A program made the translations under genes and the position numbers. The notes below the pieces were generated by a model, which had not been told where the DNA came from, ran no database searches, and was given only the letters and a program-made list of their open reading frames with translations. From Phoronis australis (taxonomy: Eukaryota > Animalia > Phoronida), in contig NMRA01000036.1 of assembly GCA_002633005.1 (NCBI GenBank), positions 850,440-914,439 of the forward strand: a stretch of DNA of 64,000 nucleotides, read 5' to 3'. Within the stretch, counting starts at the first letter, position 1. Each line of letters begins with the position of its first letter. This document shows positions 1 through 12,629 of the stretch, one piece after another.

Positions 1-300
1 CGGAGTACAAAATTTCAGAAGTGTCCACTAGGTGGCGCAGAATAGGTCAAATCAATCCAAAAATTGAAATAAAAATCTATTTGCAAAATTTCATGATAAT
101 GCACTCAGGAACTCCTAAGATACAGAGGCAAACATAAAATCAATAAAAATGTCACAAGGGGCACAGTGGTACTCTGATCTGTCGCCAACTCCATAGGAGC
201 GCATGTACCACTTTTCATTATTTCCGACAAGGTGTTTAGGAGATACAGCAGATGACAGCGGACGCCCGGACAGAGATGACGACAATGTACACCGAATATA
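1..300 (+). mobile_element. 3' part of another array-element copy (related short remnants at ~2470-2710 and ~4415-4510)
   Basis: CCACTAGGTGGCGC at 25-38, then gtttaggagatacag...ggacgcccggacagagatgacgacaat, shared with the 3' end of the family. Confidence 0.6.
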
Positions 301-309
301 TAACACCTG

Positions 310-446
310 GGCTGAGTTGCATAAAACTTCAAAAGGTATCCTCTAGATAAGTTTGATTGTTGCATGACGTCAGGTGCATTGTTCAACAATAACAACGTGA
401 CGCGTCATTATTGTTATACGGCGTATAACTTTTATGCAACTGGGCC
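310..446. mobile_element. PIF/Harbinger-type MITE
   Basis: 17-bp TIRs ggctgagttgcataaaa / ttttatgcaactgggcc (15/17 match) with a 3-bp CTG target duplication on both sides. Confidence 0.65.
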
Positions 447-492
447 CTGGTAATATTGTCTTAGTACCGTCGTTAGAATGCGTTGTACTCAC

Positions 493-647
493 TGTGAGGT
501 AACTGTTCTGCTTGACCCGTGGCTAACCATTTGCCATTCTGAAACTTCCAGTGTTTGTTATCTACAAGGACCATGTCTACGAAGACATTGTACTGACCAT
601 GAGGGTCAAGGCCAGTCAAGCTGATTTGTAGTGTAGGAAACATCCGC
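493..647 (-). CDS. Tbr/Eomes: T-brain/Eomes T-box exon 2 (155 bp); gene continues beyond the left edge of the window
   Basis: Acceptor ttttttcag|G completes the AG|G Arg codon from exon 1. Reads RMFPTLQISLTGLDPHGQYNVFVDMVLVDNKHWKFQNGKWLATGQAEQLPH. Donor A|GTGAGT at 492. Confidence 0.93.
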
Positions 648-2002
648 CTGAAAAAAGTAACCTGGATGAGAAATGAATTGGAAACATCTAACAGGAAACA
701 GTGATCCATTCTCAATTCAACAACAAGAAAGTCCTAAAAACTACAGTCTAGTGTCATAGACGGCTTTCTTCACGCACGTATTTCTTCTAACAAAGCAACG
801 CCATTCCTTTCAATTTCTTTGTCTGACTTGAAATTTGGTTTCAATAAAACGCTTGGAATTTCCCTGACAGTCATACTGCTTCTGTGAGTGAAACTTAACA
901 GCCGTGAAAAGCCTACACATGTATTCATAAGCAATAACGAACTGCAAGTACTTCTCAAGTTTGAAGCTCATTTCTAATCAGAGTAAGGGCAAAGATGACA
1001 TCTTTTTATAGTGGCAATTGGCCTAAAACAAAAGATTGTTTTTGAACAGAAGGCTCCATCGATTTTGATCATTACTAGACCTACCAATTCAAATCAATAT
1101 GAAAACAATCTGTACCTAAATAGAGAATTGGACAAACATTTTTATGTTATGATAAGATTTATAGAACGGTGAACATTCCCGAGTCAATATAGATTGATTA
1201 CGAGAGTGGTATCACGTCATATGGATAGAGGTTGGGCAATGCTTCCGGAAGTCAGATGAAGCAATAAGCCCGAAGGATCGGCCTATTGAATAGGTATATA
1301 TCATACGACCACCCACTCGTCCTCTGAAATATTGACCTCTCATTACATTAAAAAGTTCCTACGGTAAGGCATCGTCTACTCGCTTTGTAGACAGGGGTTG
1401 ATGGTTTTTACAGTATCTAATTGGTCAGGTCGCGAATATCGATATCTGACGCCTAGCTTCGTCAAAAGTACAGATGCTATCATACCGCGTTTAAGCCGCA
1501 GGACAAAAGTATCACAGAAATTGTACTAATTATTTACAACAATCGCTTCTGTAGCAAAGAATTATTCGTATTGACCGGTGCTAGGGTTACGGTGTTTAAT
1601 TGCACTTAAAACGTTTTGTGTTCGCAAGTCACTTCTGAACCACTGCTGCACAAGCACGTCATCGTATTGAAGATCTTGCAAGATCATGTGAGCCATATCG
1701 ACAGATATGAACAGAAAGTGATATATCGCCATAATTGTAACGGGGTCCGGTTTTATGAGCCTTTCTCTATGCGAATAGTATGGAGAAATGTCAAAGAAAA
1801 CCTACTGACTGCACAATTCTAATCTGATGTTGTCCAGTAAGGAAAGTCACGCTGATTGCATCGGATGCAAACGATGTAGTCTTCAGATCGTCACTCCTGA
1901 ATAACGGACAACCAAAACACAACAATGTGCTAAATTTACGTTATTACAAGAACAGCGCTACGAGCGTCAACTACCTGTATGACATAGGCTTCAGTAACGG
2001 CA

Positions 2003-2130
2003 CAGTGGCGGACTTAGGCGAGGGGGGTAAGGGGGCCATGGCTCCCCTTAAATTCTCCCAGATTCCATTTGGCAGTTCGGAGAACGTCTGAGGGCTGCCC
2101 CCCAAACGCAAAATCCTTGATCCACCCCTG
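2003..2130. mobile_element. Short MITE (CAGTGGCGGA...TCCACCCCTG family)
   Basis: Imperfect TIRs with flanks cggca / gggca. Related ends at 9836-10823 and 11808. Confidence 0.5.
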
Positions 2131-3426
2131 GGGCACGAGACACGCGTTCATAACCCTGTACCTTGGAAGCTGGTAACAACGTTTAAGCGTGCGCCTTGTT
2201 CTATATCGTTTTAAAGACTAAAACGATATAGCGAGAATTGCTTTTGTCACGCTGTGTCGTGCTAAGAGGTTTCAACGTTAAAGCGTGTGTCTTGTTCCAC
2301 TCGCTGTATCATTATTTAATTTAAAACGACACAGTGAGATTTGTTTTCACGCGTTATCGTTCTACTGGGTTACAACGTTAGAGATCGCGTCTCATACTAT
2401 TCCAGTTCTTGGGCGGAAAACACTCGCTGTCTTCCATGCCAAATTACACCAACAAATAAATATGTGAGCGCATAAAAAGGAAATTGCTACGAGGGTGCAC
2501 ATTCAGCGATAGTCGAATCTGTCCGATCGTTTCAGCGACCCGTCCAAACTACGATATTGTGGGAACTTGTCTGAAGAATTTCTCCCGCATCTATCAGGTG
2601 GTTTGGAGACACAGCGGTGGACGGACGTCGGACGGACGGACAGACGTCGGGCGGAAGGACGCTGAAGGACGGAAGGACGGCGATGACGACAATATGCGAC
2701 CATACGAACGTGTGTGCATGCGTGTGTGTGGGCATGTGTCTGGACGTATACTAAGTTGTATCTGACGGAGTCATATGTCAAACATAACCACCTTCCACAG
2801 ATTACTTAGCGAATGGTATCTTATAATAAATCATTCTTGATTTTCATTGTTAGTTTTAAACCTCCGGTTTTTCTTCAGATGAGCGCCTGGCCAAATAAAC
2901 GTAATTATTCAAAACATATATAATTGCTTTCGGATCTCCCCAATTTGTAAAACTCAACAATTAGCTCATGCAGAGTTTCTACTAATTACCTCTGCTGTGT
3001 CAAACAGTCAAGGAGTTGTATTTTTACTTTATCACGTTCTTGATTTTGGTTGCGTGCCAGTGCACTCTGTTAATTCTTCACAGAACACTGTAGGCAGATC
3101 TAAAATATAACAACGGGGCTAACCACTACACCAAAACGGAGATTCGTCTTATGTTGGATTGTCTGCAGATGACGGTCGAGTGGCAGAGTTACAAAAACTC
3201 AACATTAAGTGCGTACACGTTCAACGACACGACGATCGAAAATAGTTTTAGCTTTTCCACATAGCGATTCCTAGCTGTGTTTGGACTTCATTTTATTAAA
3301 ATTTAAACAACCATGAGTTCAGATGCGAGTTAGCAGATAGCATCTATCCAAAATCAACTGTCAAATTAACGAACAGGTTATTGCCTGCGTGATACTTTCT
3401 ATCTTCTGCACAGGGTGGCTTCTAAT

Positions 3427-3850
3427 GGTGGCACTGAGCAGTTAGGCTGCGGCCGCGGCCAATTTGCACTCCCAAAACATTAAAATTTTTGGAATCGGAA
3501 GGAAATTTGCTTTCAGAATCTAATGTTGGTTTTAGTCGAACATTGGCAGGGAAGTGGCGATTTGGTGAGAAATCTGCCGATTTTACGTTTTTCTGCCCCA
3601 TTTTTCTTAGTCTACCTTGCTTTTCAGTAGAAGTGAAAGGGTCAAAAATACAAGAGAGAATAAAGTTTATATGCTCCTCTGTAGGGCTCGTGATTTGAAA
3701 TACTCACTTGTGATGTGAAATAACTCAAAACTTTTTGTTCTTTGCATGCAGATTTTGACAGAGTGATGAAAGCGTGACGAGTCCATTGACATGTGTTCTG
3801 ACAGGCAAACCCCCGTGAGAACTGTTTTGTGCCCCCATTCCACAAATCCA
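3427..3850 (+). repeat. Dispersed repeat family, copy 1 (other copies at ~27053-27680 and ~28170-28590)
   Basis: Shared blocks ggtggcactga..a.ttaggctgc, cagaatctaatgttg, ttttcagtagragtgaaagggtcaaa and aaacccc.gtgagaact. Confidence 0.7.
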
Positions 3851-3858
3851 CTCTCTAG

Positions 3859-4022
3859 GGTGTGTTTTACGAAAAGTGATTTAAGACTGAAGACAGAAAA
3901 TTACCAAATAAAGGAAGTGGATATCGGTACATTCGCAGATACTTTGCTACAATGAGTTTTAGTAATTTTGCAGACCAAATTTATGTGTTGAATCTGAAGT
4001 CACTTTTCATGAAACATATCCC
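3859..4022. mobile_element. Harbinger-like MITE
   Basis: Imperfect TIRs ggtgtgttttacgaaaagtgatttaaga / tctgaagtcacttttcatgaaacatatcc. Confidence 0.45.
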
Positions 4023-4752
4023 TGAGATGTGCTCGAACCGAGTTTCGCTATCCGTAAAATTCCAAAGGGAGGCCTTTGGCGATTTCGCTAACACGAGGGC
4101 TACTAGGCATAGCTCCGGCTAATATCCGCTTGACGCCAGACCCAGCTACAAGGAAGCTAACAGTATGTCCTTAAATCTGTGACAATTCGCGAGAACGCAT
4201 AGAGTGAAAACGCTCATCTTGTAGATGTAAAGTTTTCAACGTTTAAATACATAAAAATTGTAAAATATGTTATAAGATTGCAATTGCAGCATCAAATCAA
4301 TACAAACAGTTTTTCGTCTGTGAGTGAACAATTTCGTAACCTGTGCCACGATGAGATTTTATCAAAATAAATTCACGCGAGTGTCAAACACGCTAGCAGT
4401 TTCACTGGCTGATCCTGCCAAGGGTTTAGGAGATACGACGTACTCCCGGACTCCCAGACAGAGATGACGACAATATGCACCCACATATAAACAGGTGGAT
4501 GTATAAAAAGGAAATGGTATTGAAAAGCGCGACACCCTGTCAATGTCAAAACGCAGGAGTGACATGTTCACAAATACATCTAAAAGGGCCAGGTGGCGGT
4601 TTTTTGTCGAATGGGAAATTTAGGGTAAAAGCCCGTGAAACGTCACGTTTTTTTTCTTTTTAGTCGAACTTAGCACACCTGCTAGTAAGTCCAAAGGTAT
4701 TCTTTTTATTATAAAACAGTTAATAATGCATATGAAAAATATGAGGTAAAAA

Positions 4753-4911
4753 TCAATAAGAGACATACATATTATTCTTAGCACTAGGTAATTTATTGAA
4801 TAAAAAGGCAGTTGCTAGGCGTTTAAAAGAATTTAGAGACTGGGTATTTTTTATGGTGGTGTGGAGTTCATTCCAAGCTAGAGTTCCGCTGTAATGAAAT
4901 GACGCCTGACC
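4753..4911 (-). mobile_element. 3' remnant of a CR1/L2-type LINE ORF2
   Basis: SFHYSGTLAWNELHTTIKNTQSLNSFKRL, the typical C-terminal WN-L...SL-SFK motif. Confidence 0.55.
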
Positions 4912-6677
4912 AAACAAGAGCAACGCGGAGCGTTGAAATGCGCCCACGAATGTATCACAAACGGTGTGCTTTTAGGGTTGCTCATTTGTGTCATAAAAAT
5001 GGCCACTAGATGGCGAAAAAAAATCAGTCCGAAAACGGGAACATGTCATTGCTTCTTCAATAGAAAGATTATTATACACTAAATTTCATAGAAATTCGTC
5101 ACGGAACTTTAGAGAAACAAAGGAATACAAAATAAAATGAAATTGACACTAGGGGGCACAGTGTTCATTGGATCCGTCTGAAAGTCGTCATTGTCTGTTG
5201 TTAGCTTCATATAAATACACTTACAAAATTTAATAAAGATACTGCAGTGGGTTTACGAGATCCAGCCATGGGCGCAAAACAAAACAAAACTACCATTAGG
5301 AGGCGCCAGAGTAGTCAAAGTCGTCATCATCATCAACCGTCCTCTTCACTCTGAGAACATATACGCCAATTTTCTAAACCATCCTTAGAGTGATTTGGTT
5401 GATAGAGAGGTAAACGCCAAAAAAAAGACTCGAAAACAGTAAAAATGGTACCTTGATTCCATCCGAAAATGGGAGGATAGCGTCATCTCGCCAATAGATG
5501 CCCGTATTCAAAATTTTATGCAAATCTGTTGAGGACCTTTGAATATACAGAGGTAAACGTAAAACTAAAATTGCCACCAGCGGGCATACCAGAGGTCAGA
5601 TCCATCCCAAAATCACCGTCGTCCAGTGTCAACATCATATAAACACACTTCTTAAATTTAGTAAAGATCCTGCAAACGGTTTAGGAGATACAGCCATGGG
5701 CGCAAAAAAGAAAATGCCACTAGAAGTCATCAGAAAATCATCGTCAGCCGTCCACTTCATAGTAAAAACATACATGCCAATTTTCACAATTATCCTGAAA
5801 GCAGTTTGGTTGATAGTGGGGTGGACGCCAAAAACAGATTCAAAAACAGTAAAAATGGCCACTAGCTGGCGCAAACCAGGTCGAATCCATCTCAAAACGG
5901 AAAGATAGCGTCACCTCACTAACAGAAGCCTGTACGACAAATTTTATGAAATTACGTTGAGGACATTTGAAGATACAGAGGTAAACGTAAAATAATAGAA
6001 TTGCCACTAGGTGGCACACCAGTAGTCAGATCTGTCCGAAAGTCATCGTGCTCCATTGTCAACATCATATAAATGCACTTACTAAATTTATAAAAAAGAT
6101 GCTGCAAACGGTTTAGGAGATATAGCCATAGGCGCAAAAAAAGCCTGTCACTAGGAGGCGCCACAGTAGTCGAAGTCGTCGGAAAATCATCGTGAACCGT
6201 CCTCTTCATAGTAAGAACATACATGCCATTTTTCACAATCATGCATAGAGCGGTTTGGTTGATAGAGGGGTGGACGTCAAAAAAAGAGACTAGAAAACAG
6301 TAAAAATGACCACTAGGTAGCGCACACTACGTCGAATCCATCTGAAAACGGGAGGATATTGTCGTCTCACTAATAGATACCTTTATACTAAATTTTATGA
6401 AAATACGTTGAGGACCTTTGAAGATACAGAGGTAAGCGGAAAAAACTAACATTGCCACTAGGGGGCACACCGGTAGTCGGACCGTCCGAAAGTTCGTTCA
6501 TGCCGTGCCATTCATAAAAGGAACACCCGTGCAAACTTTCATGAACCTACGTCAATCGGTTTTGGAGACAGAGCAGCGGATGCCGGACGCCGGACGGACG
6601 GACGTACGAACGGACGGACGGGCGGACTCAGATGACGGCATAATGCGTCCACATATAAATATGTGGGTGCATAAAAA
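4912..6677 (+). mobile_element. Non-autonomous Helentron/HINE-like element with an internal ~451-bp three-subunit tandem array
   Basis: Starts aaacaagagcaacgcggag. About 11 subunits of ~145-160 bp, then a (GGAC)n microsatellite at ~6583-6627, a terminal hairpin atgcgtccacata-taaa-tatgtgggtgcat (6643-6672) and an A-run. No TSD. This matches the DINE-1/HINE architecture. Confidence 0.7.
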
Positions 6678-8510
6678 TTTACAAAAACAGGTTTGGAGTG
6701 AGCCAACACTATTGCAAGTGTTGTATCTGTGTGATATGCGAGAGTTAATTTGAACCGAGTTTTGCGGAGCGAATGCGTGCAAAGTTGTTTAAAAGTAGCT
6801 CTCGGATGCTCCAATATGAGTTGTAGGGTGAAGGCTCAGCAGGATACTGATAATTTTATTTTGACAGCGCTGAAATTCATCTGTAATTTATTTATTAACT
6901 AAATGTCACATCTTTCCGTGAAATACTGTAGCATAATTTAAACACTCAAAAATGTCTTGTTGAAAAATAACATATAGCTTGTTAGAATGTCAAAAGTGTC
7001 TCTAAGACCAGAGCTAAGAAGATATCACAGGTCAGTCTATTCCCAGTATCCAGCCAGGGCCACAGGAGTGTATAAAGAATGAGCAGTGTAACAGATGGGC
7101 TTGTGGACTAATTTTGCCGAGAAATCGGAGGTTGTCTGGAACATCACCTCAAGATTTTTGCTTGATTATTCCTTTATGAACAAAAGGACAAAATGAAAAC
7201 AAGAAATGAAATTAGACTTGATTTGATAACTAAAACACTCCTTAGAAACGACCATTTTATTTATTCCAGATCATGATTGACTGCAAATTGTACATACTAA
7301 ATGTGAATAATTTTGACTGAGCAAGATTGTACCTCACTTTCATGCTGTGCTATCAGTGATGGCAACAGTTTTTCATAAAGGAAGGCAAGCTGATAAGCAT
7401 GATGGCAAAAGCAATCGGAATAACTGGAAGATGAGCGTTTCAAAAAACTTCACCAGTTATGTTAAGCAGCTTTGAAAGAAAAGATGTGTTGTAACTACGT
7501 TTTGGAATGAAGTACTCTTACAATAAAAAATCATGATTTGATGTTGCCAAAAATGGAATCCTTGCACGGTCTTATGGATAACTAGTTTCATAGTAGATCA
7601 CGCACATCCGATAATTTTTTACTATTCTTTAAGGAAAACGGATTCGAAATTAGTAATAAGCGACACGATTATTGTAGTAGCAGGAAAGTACTACAGATGT
7701 GCCGGAAAACATTCTTTTTGGTTCAAGATGGCGGAAATATCGGCCAGTGCGTATGGGCACCTCGATTTCGGGACGAAAACGTTTTGTCCTGTAGAGGGCG
7801 CATAGTAGGACCGATTGCCTCCAAAATTTTCAAGTGTTACTTTTCTGTAGCTAGATTTTATAGAGTGATGCTTAACCTGGCGCATTTTCATCAATTTTCA
7901 ATCATGTTGCGGTGCCATTTTTAACGGGAAGAGCAAATGACGTGGTTTAATCATGTGATTTCTCTAAGGTATACTCTTTCAAATTAAATCGAATATTTTT
8001 TTCTGAGACCTGCTGTTTTTGAATTATTTAACTTTCAATTTCAAAAAAGCACAAAATGAAATTTTTCAAAAATTGTGTGGAATTTTGTGAAACTTCTCTG
8101 CTAGATAGAGTTTTGAACGGGCTTTCAGAAGGCGTTTTCCATTTTTCACTAGAACGTTTCGCTCGTTTTTTAATTATCCGGGATTTTCTGATGACGCTGT
8201 TTCTTTTTGACTGAATTTTGCTGCATTTTATTGGTTTACCTTCAATTGAACAAGACTTATTTCTTACTCATTTCTGACATCTTCATTTTTCATATTCAAT
8301 GTTCATCATCGCGGCCATCATTATCACCACCGCCTCCATTCCCATTTGTCTTTTCAGTCATTTTTCCAAGCGACGCTCCTCCGAGCGCTTTCATTGAAAT
8401 TATTTCCTTCCTGGTTTAATTAATTATATATACAACCTCTCTGTTGCTATTACATCGTATTAATTTTCGCGTATTAGTAACAGTCTTGGTTTTTAGAATT
8501 TAAAAATATT

Positions 8511-8783
8511 AAACCTGTCAGGCATGCGAAATGGTGATTGTTTATGAATTAAATTGTACATAGTTTGCTTCTGCTGTAATCATACACCATCAAGCACTGA
8601 TAAAGGGCTATCTAATGACATGACTCTTATGCAATTCGGTTGAAAAACAACGGGTTGGGAAAATTTTAGTGACAGTTTATTCCATAGTAATAACTAACAC
8701 CGGAACAAACGAATGCAAGCAAATGCCACGCATGCGTGGCGCAACATCAGCAGCGCGAGATCGAAGTTGGCATTCCAAGGCTG
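8511..8783 (+). repeat. Dispersed repeat starting at TTAA (other copies 60088-60355 and a split copy at ~21800-21970/22360-22436)
   Basis: Shared aaacctgtcagg.atgcgaaat, gactcttatgcaattcggttgaraaac, ccggaacaaacgaatgc and atcgaagttggcattcca.ggct. Confidence 0.7.
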
Positions 8784-8929
8784 TACTGGAGTTCTCTGAC
8801 TAGAACATACTGTGCCGGGGTGTCTATTGCTAGATGGGAATGTGAATGAGGAGGTACCATTATTGCAAGCGTGGGACAAATCATCGTAAAGCAACAGCTA
8901 TTTTAGTACACCCTTTTTTTGATTTTTAA

Positions 8930-11900
8930 TTGATACAGAATTTTATATGAAGATGTTGTTCTGCTTCGTGTATTCTTCCAAATGAAACCAGAAATCAAGT
9001 GGACCTCATAGAACATTGAGCAACTTATTCCTCAATAACAACCACGTAACATAACAATATGTTATGTGCTGGTGGTTTTATTTATTCTTAGTCATATTTG
9101 GACAAAATAAGCAAACTAGATTATTCTACAAACCCCATGTTATCCAGAAGATTTGGATGACCCTGATTTTTTAAGAATTAATACAGATTTTATAATCGTA
9201 TGCAGGAGAATATATGTCAACATCGACAATAAAAACCTTGTGTGGGAATTAATTAAAATGGAAATGAGAAACTCAACTATTAATTGTGGCAAAAGGAAGA
9301 GTGTAAAGAGAAAAGTAGAGCATTACCACCTTACTGATAAACGTAACAAGTTGACATGTCAAGTTGAGAATAACCCTGCTGATGACGAATCAAACTAGCT
9401 TTGAATAAACCAAAAACTGAACTCCAATTATTTTAAACCGACCCGATGGTAAGAGCAAAGTCTGATTGGCAGGAGGTGGGAAAACTCACAATATTTTAGA
9501 AATCTTGAAGTCAGAAGTAAAAAATATATCCACTCATTAAAAATGGCGACCAAATTGCTAGCTGTCTCACGTGACTAAGAGTTACAAAGACCGTATTACA
9601 AAAGTCTTGATTCAAAGAAGTAAACGTGGATCTCTTTCAACCTTATTTACACTGACACAAAATTAACAACTCATTGTGGAAAAGTCTCTGGAGCTCGATC
9701 AGAATTTTAGTGAAGACGAAATTTTGAGCCACTCCAAGAAACAAAATGTTCTAACACCCCAGGTAATGATGGAATTTCATATGCAGTCATAAGACATTCT
9801 GAGAGGAAATAGAACATGTGTTAATAGTGAGTTTTCATAGGTGGATTTAGCCCCCCTCCCTCTTGGCGGCCGCAAAAACATATAACAGCAAAAGGGAATA
9901 TTGAGTTTAATAATCAATCCTGGTAATTAAATTATACGGCCGAAACAAGATTTGACAATGTGTGGAGTTTTAGGTTGTGTGTGCGTTTGTGTGTGTGTGT
10001 GGGGGGGGGGGTGAGACCCGATGTCAAGTGTCCGATTCAGACAACCGGCGCAATCGTAACGGTAACTATGGCTAAGTAATGCCGCTCTCGGTCTATATGT
10101 ATGGTGGGCCGTTGAGGGGAAAGTGTCGCCGAACAATTACGCTCGTACATTAAATGGGGAAAAGTTTCACCGTAAAAGTTAAATTGCAAAAGTGTTGCAG
10201 TAAAATTACGCCCGTAAATTAAATGGGGGAAGTGTCGCCGTAAATTACGCTCGTAAAATACCTTAAGAACGTTCCAAATTTAAACCAATCAGTGATGACC
10301 TAACATACACGACTGTTTCTGGGCAGCTCGTTCTTGCACAATCGCTGACATGGCAGCAGCTATTTGATCCGCCATGATTCAGCGCTCGTATCGTAGACAT
10401 GAAATCCGTCAGTAAATAAGTATTTCCATGAGCGCGGGCGATCGTGGATTGTAAAACCCAACGTCATTGGCTAAGAGTTTAAACTAAATTACGAGCGTAA
10501 TTTTACGCCGTAAAGAATTAAATTACGCTCGTAATTTTACGGCGTAATTAACGGCGTAAATAACGGCGTAATGTACACGATTACACTCGTATTTTTCCGG
10601 CGACACTTTCCCCCCAACGGTCCATCATAGATATGCGAGTTCCCGTCGTCTGCTTCTCTGTGCAATCATAGACTATAATCTACGGAGCAATGAAGAAAAT
10701 TACTTAATTTTTTCAAAGAAAACGGAAGCTGAGTGACGATGAAGAAACAGAAGCTGCTGGAACGCTACGCGTCTCTGCGAGACAAAATGCTGTCCCCTTT
10801 CAAGCTATCCTAGATCCGCCACTAAAGACGAATTGTTTACGCCGCAGCGACAGTTTCACAACTCTTATACTCACAAGCGAATAATTGAAGAGCTTTTGTT
10901 GTTAGATAATTGGAGATCAATCTCTCTGCTAAATTGTGATTACAAATTGATCACAAAGACTATTGCAAACAGAATTGACCAGTTCATGGACAAATTGGTT
11001 CACCCTGACCAGAAGTCATTACCTAAACGATATATTAGACAAAATATTCGATTGGTTAAAGATGTGGTGGAAAATTGTAAACAAAACAAAATCGAAGGTC
11101 AAATTATATTCCTATATTTCAGGAAAGCATGTGATACTTTAAAACTGCCTTTTAAAAGTCTTGAAAGCTTTCAATTTTGGACAAAGAGTAATAAATAAAA
11201 TAAAAAATTACATAACAAAATATCATCTTGTGTTCTAATTAATGGATTCATTGCTCCCTATTTTGATATTGATAGAAAACTGCGACAGGGAGATCCGCTA
11301 TCAAGTCTCCTATTTGTATTTTCTTCAGAGATTGTGTCACATTTCATAATAAAACAATAGTAATGTAATTTTCACCATTTAAAATATGTAATAATGAAAT
11401 CAAAACAGCACAGTACGCAGATGACACTGTTTTGTTCATTCAAGATGAGAATTCCGGTGAAAGATGTTTTGAATTTTTAAATTTTTTGGAAAAATTTCTG
11501 GCCTAAAATTTTAATTGTTTTAACTGGTTTAAAAATCCTGAAAAGTGTGAAGAGTTATACTTTCCAGGCCGATTTCGTGCCCATTTGTCCCAAAACTTGT
11601 ACTATCACTTGGCCAAAAACCTATGAAAGTCTTATATTTCGAAAAAAGAGGTTGAACAGCTAAATGATGGTAATAAAATTCGGAAACTAAAAGACCTCTT
11701 AAATATTTGGAAAACCAAGACATTTGACGACCATGGTGCGGATGCATGTAATTTGTTTAGGTTAATTCACGTTTTGTCCAATATTGAAGTTAAAAATAGG
11801 ATTATTAGTGGCGGATTTAGGGGGGGAGGCACTAAAATTCTCCCAGATTGCATTTGCAGTTTGGGGTGCGAATCGGTGACTGACATATGCGCCCACTTAG

Positions 11901-12620
11901 GCAGGCTCGGGGGCGAATGCACTCAATGCATAGCCTTAAACAAACCCCGTTTACCCGTTGTTTTTGTTTTTTTACTCATAAGGTCCACAAACTCAAGTGT
12001 TCAAGACCCCTGCATCCCTATATTATAGGCTGGGTGCGTGCACATGTAGCGAAATTGTGGTTATTCCTGTGCCCTGGAATAATTAAATATTTTATTTGAC
12101 GCGGCAAACTATCAAGAATAAAGGAATCTGGTACTGTGATTCCGTAGGAAGAAGGAAGATTAAGATATCTTAGTGTGGAAATAATTAGAAATAGCTCCAT
12201 GTTTAATTAGACCAAATGTTAAATTTAAAAGAAAACGGTAGTTGGAAACTATATCCCAAATCACTAATTGCTAAGTTAGGCGGTGACCTTATTTTCTTTT
12301 CAAATTTTTCTTTACGGAATTTGAAAATACCAATTGCCAATTGCTTTTACGCCGAAGTGTTTAAAGTTCGGGACATATCAATACGTCAGATTTATAAAAA
12401 AACACCTATAAGAAAACAGGTCTTATGGAATAATTGTGTTTTGCTTACTGGTAAATCCCTTTTTGTCGGGATTTGTTTGAAGAGAGTTTTCATTTCGTGA
12501 GGATTTTCTAGATAGTAAAACTAAAATTCATGGTTGGCAATTTGTTAAAAATACATACAATCTTAAGAATTTTTGTATACAGTCATACAATGAAGTTTTT
12601 AATGCTGAAGACGAATACTG
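8930..12620 (+). mobile_element. Decayed L1/Tx1-type LINE ORF2, interrupted by MITEs at ~9836-10823 and ~11808-12090
   Basis: WELIKMEMR, TPGNDG, NWRSISLLNCDYKLITKTIANRI, RQGDPLSSLLF and QYADDTVLF in order, with stops and frameshifts. Confidence 0.75.
10094..10633. mobile_element. MITE with ~45-bp TIRs, nested in another MITE inside the LINE
   Basis: tatggtgggccgttgaggggaaagtgtcgccg versus cggcgacactttcccccaacggtccatcata, with internal repeats of AATTACGCTCGTAA-like units in both orientations. Confidence 0.65.
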
Positions 12621-12629
12621 GTGAACCAG

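Noticed and set aside
4912-6677. CRISPR-like regularly spaced motif
   Set aside because: The intervening sequences are homologous subunits rather than unique spacers, the context is eukaryotic, and there are no cas genes.
5374-6814. Several 67-96 aa ORFs, with similar ones at 105-395, 19441-20821 and 26632-27022
   Set aside because: They are translations of the non-coding tandem array and GGAC microsatellite.
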